From the human T2T-CHM13v2.0 reference genome, Homo sapiens: a stretch of DNA of 64,000 nucleotides. How positions within the stretch are numbered: position 1 is the stretch's first letter; each line of letters begins with the position of its first letter. The notes below the pieces were generated by a model. The model worked only from the letters and a program-made list of their open reading frames with translations, had not been told where the DNA came from and did not search any database. This document shows, in pieces, positions 59,290-64,000 of the stretch. The translations under genes were made by a program, and so were the position numbers. Location of the stretch: assembly GCF_009914755.1 (NCBI RefSeq), contig NC_060940.1. The stretch is one strand, 5' to 3'.

Positions 59290-60719
59290 AGGTAAGAAAC
59301 TTGTAATCTAACTAGTAGGAACTTTTAATCAACTTGTTTTCAAAGAGATATTAGAAGTCTTGGGTATTTTTTTGCTAAAATTAGTGGCTTATCTATAGAC
59401 ATGACTTTTATATTATTATACTTATTATCGTATTTATTATAATATATTATAAGTAATTATGTATTAAATATTATATATAAACAGTATATAGAGATGCTAT
59501 TATATGTAATACTACCTATCTAACTCCTTATTTCAATTCTTTGCAGTCACTGAAGATATTGTGGAGAATCGCCTCAAAATATTTTAATTCTATAAATATT
59601 CATTAGTTTTAGTGGTAAGTTATTTTTAAACAGTCTTCAATTTATATTTGAACAAAGAGTCACACTGTAGATGAAGCACTGTTGCTTATGCTTATTTGAA
59701 TATATAATTTCCTTGTAACAACACTTTCTACCGAATCCTGTTTTCTGAAAGGAAGCTATTATATACATGAAGGGGAGCTTTAAAAAGTGAGGTGCGAGAT
59801 TGGAGACATGTTTCCAACGACAACTGATGGGTCTTGTTTTTTGTGTGTGAATAAATGAGAATACACGAAAAAAGAAACCCACACTTCATGTTTCATGTAG
59901 AGAAGGCACTCTGCAAATTTGAGGTCTCTATGGGATGTGGATGGGGATATTTTGGTTCCATTAATGTCTCCTGAATAAACATGCAAACACAGAAAGGAAA
60001 TAACAAATGGTACTGAACACTAATGTGTCTTTAAAGACTAATGCAGAATTTCAAGGAAACAATCCAACAGAAGGATGCATGGCATGGAAACACCTCCTGG
60101 GAATGGTGGCAGACCCTGACTGCTCTAAGCCATTTAAACTGAAACTGAAAAACCCCAGCAGAATAATTACATGATGGAAAGCAATCCTTGTTAAGAAGCT
60201 GCCTTATTAGCTTACAAGTGGCCTTCCTCTCCTTCATCTAGTCTAGCATTTCATGGCACTTTTCAGCTGAAAAAACTTTTAAATGCTGTTGACAAATTGG
60301 TGGAAGGACTTTATGCAAAAGCTGAGTCTGTCTTCGGCAAGCATTTGTAATATTGATTAAAAGCAAATGCTATTTCAGTATGTGTCCCTTAGAGATAGCA
60401 AACAATGATTTCAAGTCCTTAACTAAGCTCTATTGCATAAAAATACAAATACGAAAAAAGCAAATTCAATTCTTTTTAGAAAAAAGGCTTGTAATTTGTT
60501 TAATAAAATTAAGTTTTTGTTAGTCCTCAAACTATGTGCCTATATTCACATATACCAGTGATATTTTAATATTAGATTCATGATATTGTTTGTGTATATT
60601 TAAGATGAGAATTACAGAAAAGGTAAATGTTCTTCTTTTTATTATATATGTATTTAAAATTTATAGAAAGAAACACTACTTTTAGAATTCAGAGTTTCAG
60701 CAGAAAATAGGATTCTTCC

Positions 60720-61120
60720 TAGTTAGTTCATCTATAGAGATTTTAAGGGAACAAAGAGTGGTAAAGAATTCAACACACCAGTCACATCGGGAAGATCAAA
60801 AGGCTGAAAGTAGATGAGGAGGAAATTAGGGCACCAGAGTCCAGTGAGAACTGAATTGTGGTGGCCACAGGGTTGTTCAGCAGATGGGGAGCTGTGGAGC
60901 AAGCAGTGTTGATGCAGAGTTGCAGACAGGGAGGCAGGAATAAGAGCATTGCACTCTCTCTCCTCACTTTTGACTCTCCAAAGAGTGCCTCCTATTTGCT
61001 GACTCAATATAGAAGCCAGAAGGTGAGGACTCCCTGATGGTGCAGTCCGTAGCTACAGGGAACCTCGGGGCAGAGAGTGGGGAAGGATAGATAATGGATA
61101 GTGGGAGACATAGTGGCCAT
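60720..61120 (-). mobile_element. LTR33-like ERV-L LTR
   Basis: gtgcctcctatttgctgactcaa..tagaagccagaagg...gatggtgcagtcc...ggggcagagag. Confidence 0.65.
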
Positions 61121-62759
61121 AATGGGGATAATTTCACTATGTGTGGGAACTTCAGGACTCTTAATGTTTTCCTGGACATACAAAGCGAGCTGAAGCCATG
61201 TCACCCAAGGCTTGTCCATGTATTTCTACTGAGAGATAACTCTGCTAAACACAAGGAGGATTCATTTGTGGTCAAATAGATTAGTGCATCTCCAAGAGTG
61301 GGAGAGTACCCTATTAACAAGTTGCTGTATTCCCTTGAGACCTCTTGAGCCTTTAGATTTTGGAAATATTGGGTTTAACAAAATTAATCTGATAGAGATT
61401 TCAATTAATGTTTAACAGAATAAATGTTTCATATAAAATATGAAATGCTGAAGTTGTTGGATCAAAGTAGAGGTCCAAGAAAGAGATATCTTTGGTGGTT
61501 GGGAGATAAGCTCTATGCCATCTATAGTATTGTCTATACCTTTCTTATCTGTGAAGCTTATAGTACATTACACTTAGAGTCAGAAGAAATGGAAAATCAA
61601 AAGGAAAATTGTCCTCTCTTCCTCTTCTGCTTCAGCTGTGAGCATTCCTGCAAATTCATGCTTCAATGCTATGATCTTTATATTATCTCTTAAAAATGCC
61701 CTCTTCCCTCTGGTTTCAATTATTGTCTCCATTCTTATTATACCCTAATCAGAATCTGTCTTCCCAAATTCTAGTTCAGAATCTCTAGGTACAGATCTTT
61801 TTAAATGAATATTTGTTTTAGGATATTTTCAGCATCTCGAATTTAGCATTAGGTTACCTAGTTATTTAGACTTGGTTGAGTTGCTTAACCCCTTTAACTG
61901 AATTTCTGTATCTGTGTTATTAGGGAGTTAGGCTAAATATAATTAGTGGGGAAATGTTGCATGAATATTTGGTTATGACCTTTTTATTCTACCAAATGTC
62001 AGTGAGTCAGTTAAAATCTTCTGGAGGAAGTTTTTACATCCCGCTAAATCCATAACTTCTGCAGAATGAAGAATGGATATACAAAGTTGTTGTTTTGCAA
62101 TACAGAAACAGGATAGGGGTTTGGTAGTAGACCCAGAGTTGCCTCTTTGGTTCAATGGGTTGCCTCTTTGGCAGAGGATGGGTCAAATCCATCAGTTTTG
62201 AGGCTTTCAGAAGGAGTCACCCAACAGACAATAAACAATCACCTCAACATGTGAAGAGGGTTTGTTCTGCCTATATGTGCCACACAGGGTGCATAGAAGG
62301 AGGGCTGCCCAGTCCTGCTGACACTGGTGGTCCTTCTGAAGGAGTGTCCTTGTCTATGGCCATACCACCATGAATGCTCCCGACCCCATCTGAAGGAGCG
62401 GCCTCTGGTGGTCTGGATCACTGCTATTCCTTGCCTGCAAAAGATAATGCTACCCTCAGCTAGCAAATGGAGAAGACTGCTAAGATTGACCACTCGGAGT
62501 CTTCAAAGAAGAGTCCCAGTTTTTCAGTTGGGACTTACCAGAATAGCAATTACTATAAACTACAATATTTCCACTTCTTTAAATTTTCTGCTGCTCAAGA
62601 CATCAAAACTTGACTATACAGATGTTTCAGAAGCCCACATTAGTGTATAGGCAAAGAAAACCTTGGTCCACTTAAGGATTCTCAGTAGTTTGAGAGAGAA
62701 ATCAAGGTCCAGCACCCTTATAAGTGATGATTATTAAGACAGAGAAAATGGGAAAGATT

Positions 62760-64000
62760 CAAATGCATTTGCCAATTTTGTTCAATGTATTTACTTATTT
62801 AAACATTCCAATGGTTAAAAAAATCAAAGCTATCATAGAATTATGATAGAATCTTTCTATATCTAGCCATCCATCTATCTACCTTCCAACCAAAAGGTCA
62901 TCACTGTTTTTAGTTCCCTTGAATCCTTCCAAAGCATTTGCTATGTGTGCGTGCTAAATATAAATATTTACACATCCCCATTCTTCAGAAAAAACTGGTA
63001 GCATATTATACAAACTGTTCTGTACCTTGGCTTTTTTGCTTAACAAAATATAATATGTATTATAGGTCCTTCCAATTCAATGCATAGCTTATTCTCAGTT
63101 TTTAAAATAGCTCTATGGTATTCCATTACATCAGTGGGTTTCAATGAGGGAGAGCAATTTTGTTTCACATGACACGTTTGACAGTGTGTGAAGACATTTT
63201 TGGTTGTCACAGTGGGGAGGGGGGCTGCTAATGGCATCTAGTTTGTAGAAGCCAGGGATGTTGCTAAACATCTTATAAAGCCCAGGACATCCCATCCTCC
63301 CCCAAAGAATTATCTGACCCAAAATATCAGTAGTGCTGAGGTTGAAACACCCTACATTATATGAATGTACCTCAGTTTATCTATTCCTTTTGATGGACAT
63401 TGAGTTACTTCCCAAAGTTTATTACAATACCACAATGAATAATTCTGCTTGTTTTATTTTATGTGATAGAGAATATTTGTAAGAAGGCTAAATGATGGTT
63501 AAAAGTTAAGAACATTTGTCATTTTGATACTGACAAATTTTATGCATTAGGTTTTTCTTCAGGTTACAATTCTTTCAGCAAATTGTGAAGGTTTGTTTCC
63601 AACAGCATTGCCAATGTTGTCCCTCATCAAACATCAAGAAATTTACCAATCTGAACATGTTGTATCCAAGTCTGTTTTAAATTTTGTTTTTTTTCATTAT
63701 GAGTTAGGTAGAGCATCTTTTTGTACTTAAGAACCTAAATGTTCATTTTTTCTGCGCAAGCTTGGTTACATAATTTGTCCAATTTTTAGAAAGTCAGTTT
63801 ATCTTTTTATTGGTCTCTAGAAGCTCTTCATATATGAGGAAAATTAGTCTTCTTTCTGTTTAGTGATTTGTAAGTAATGCTCCAGTGTGTCATCTGCATT
63901 TTGACACTGTTTAAAAAATGTATCTTACATATGTATTTTTGACATAAAAGTTTTAAATTTTAATTGACTCATCCTTTCGTAGCTTCTATGTTATGAATCA
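62760..64000 (-). mobile_element. L1ME-type 3' region
   Basis: atacaaactgttctgtaccttgg...ttgatggacattgagttacttcc...gaggaaaattagtctt; split by MER20. Confidence 0.75.
63132..63354 (+). mobile_element. MER20 (hAT-Charlie)
   Basis: cagtgggtttcaa...gacatttttggttgtcac...gtgctgaggttgaaacacc; 8-bp TSD CATTACAT / CATTATAT. Confidence 0.92.

Overview
AT-rich primate (probably hominoid) genomic DNA, intronic or intergenic, and dominated by transposon fossils. It holds 16 Alu/FLAM copies or fragments, L1s of many ages (L1ME to L1PA3/4), MaLR, LTR16 and LTR33 LTRs, an ERV-L reverse-transcriptase remnant, MER20, MER58 and MADE1 DNA elements, MIR/L2/CR1 relics and microsatellites. I recognise no protein-coding exon, RNA gene or CpG island; the listed ORFs are L1 ORF2 fragments, Alu read-throughs, low-complexity or chance ORFs. 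I see no evidence for a new biological system. The most informative signals are mutational scars readable in the sequence: a twin-primed inverted L1PA with a 14-bp TSD, a probable 3' transduction on an L1PB, and a 96-bp local templated insertion into an L1. There are also several direct-plus-inverted template-switch scars, an L1 inserted at the homologous position of another L1, and an AluYd-type element. Most L1s lie on the minus strand and a few + strand exon-like segments exist, weakly suggesting a + strand host transcript. Subfamily names come from remembered consensus sequences and old-repeat boundaries are approximate.
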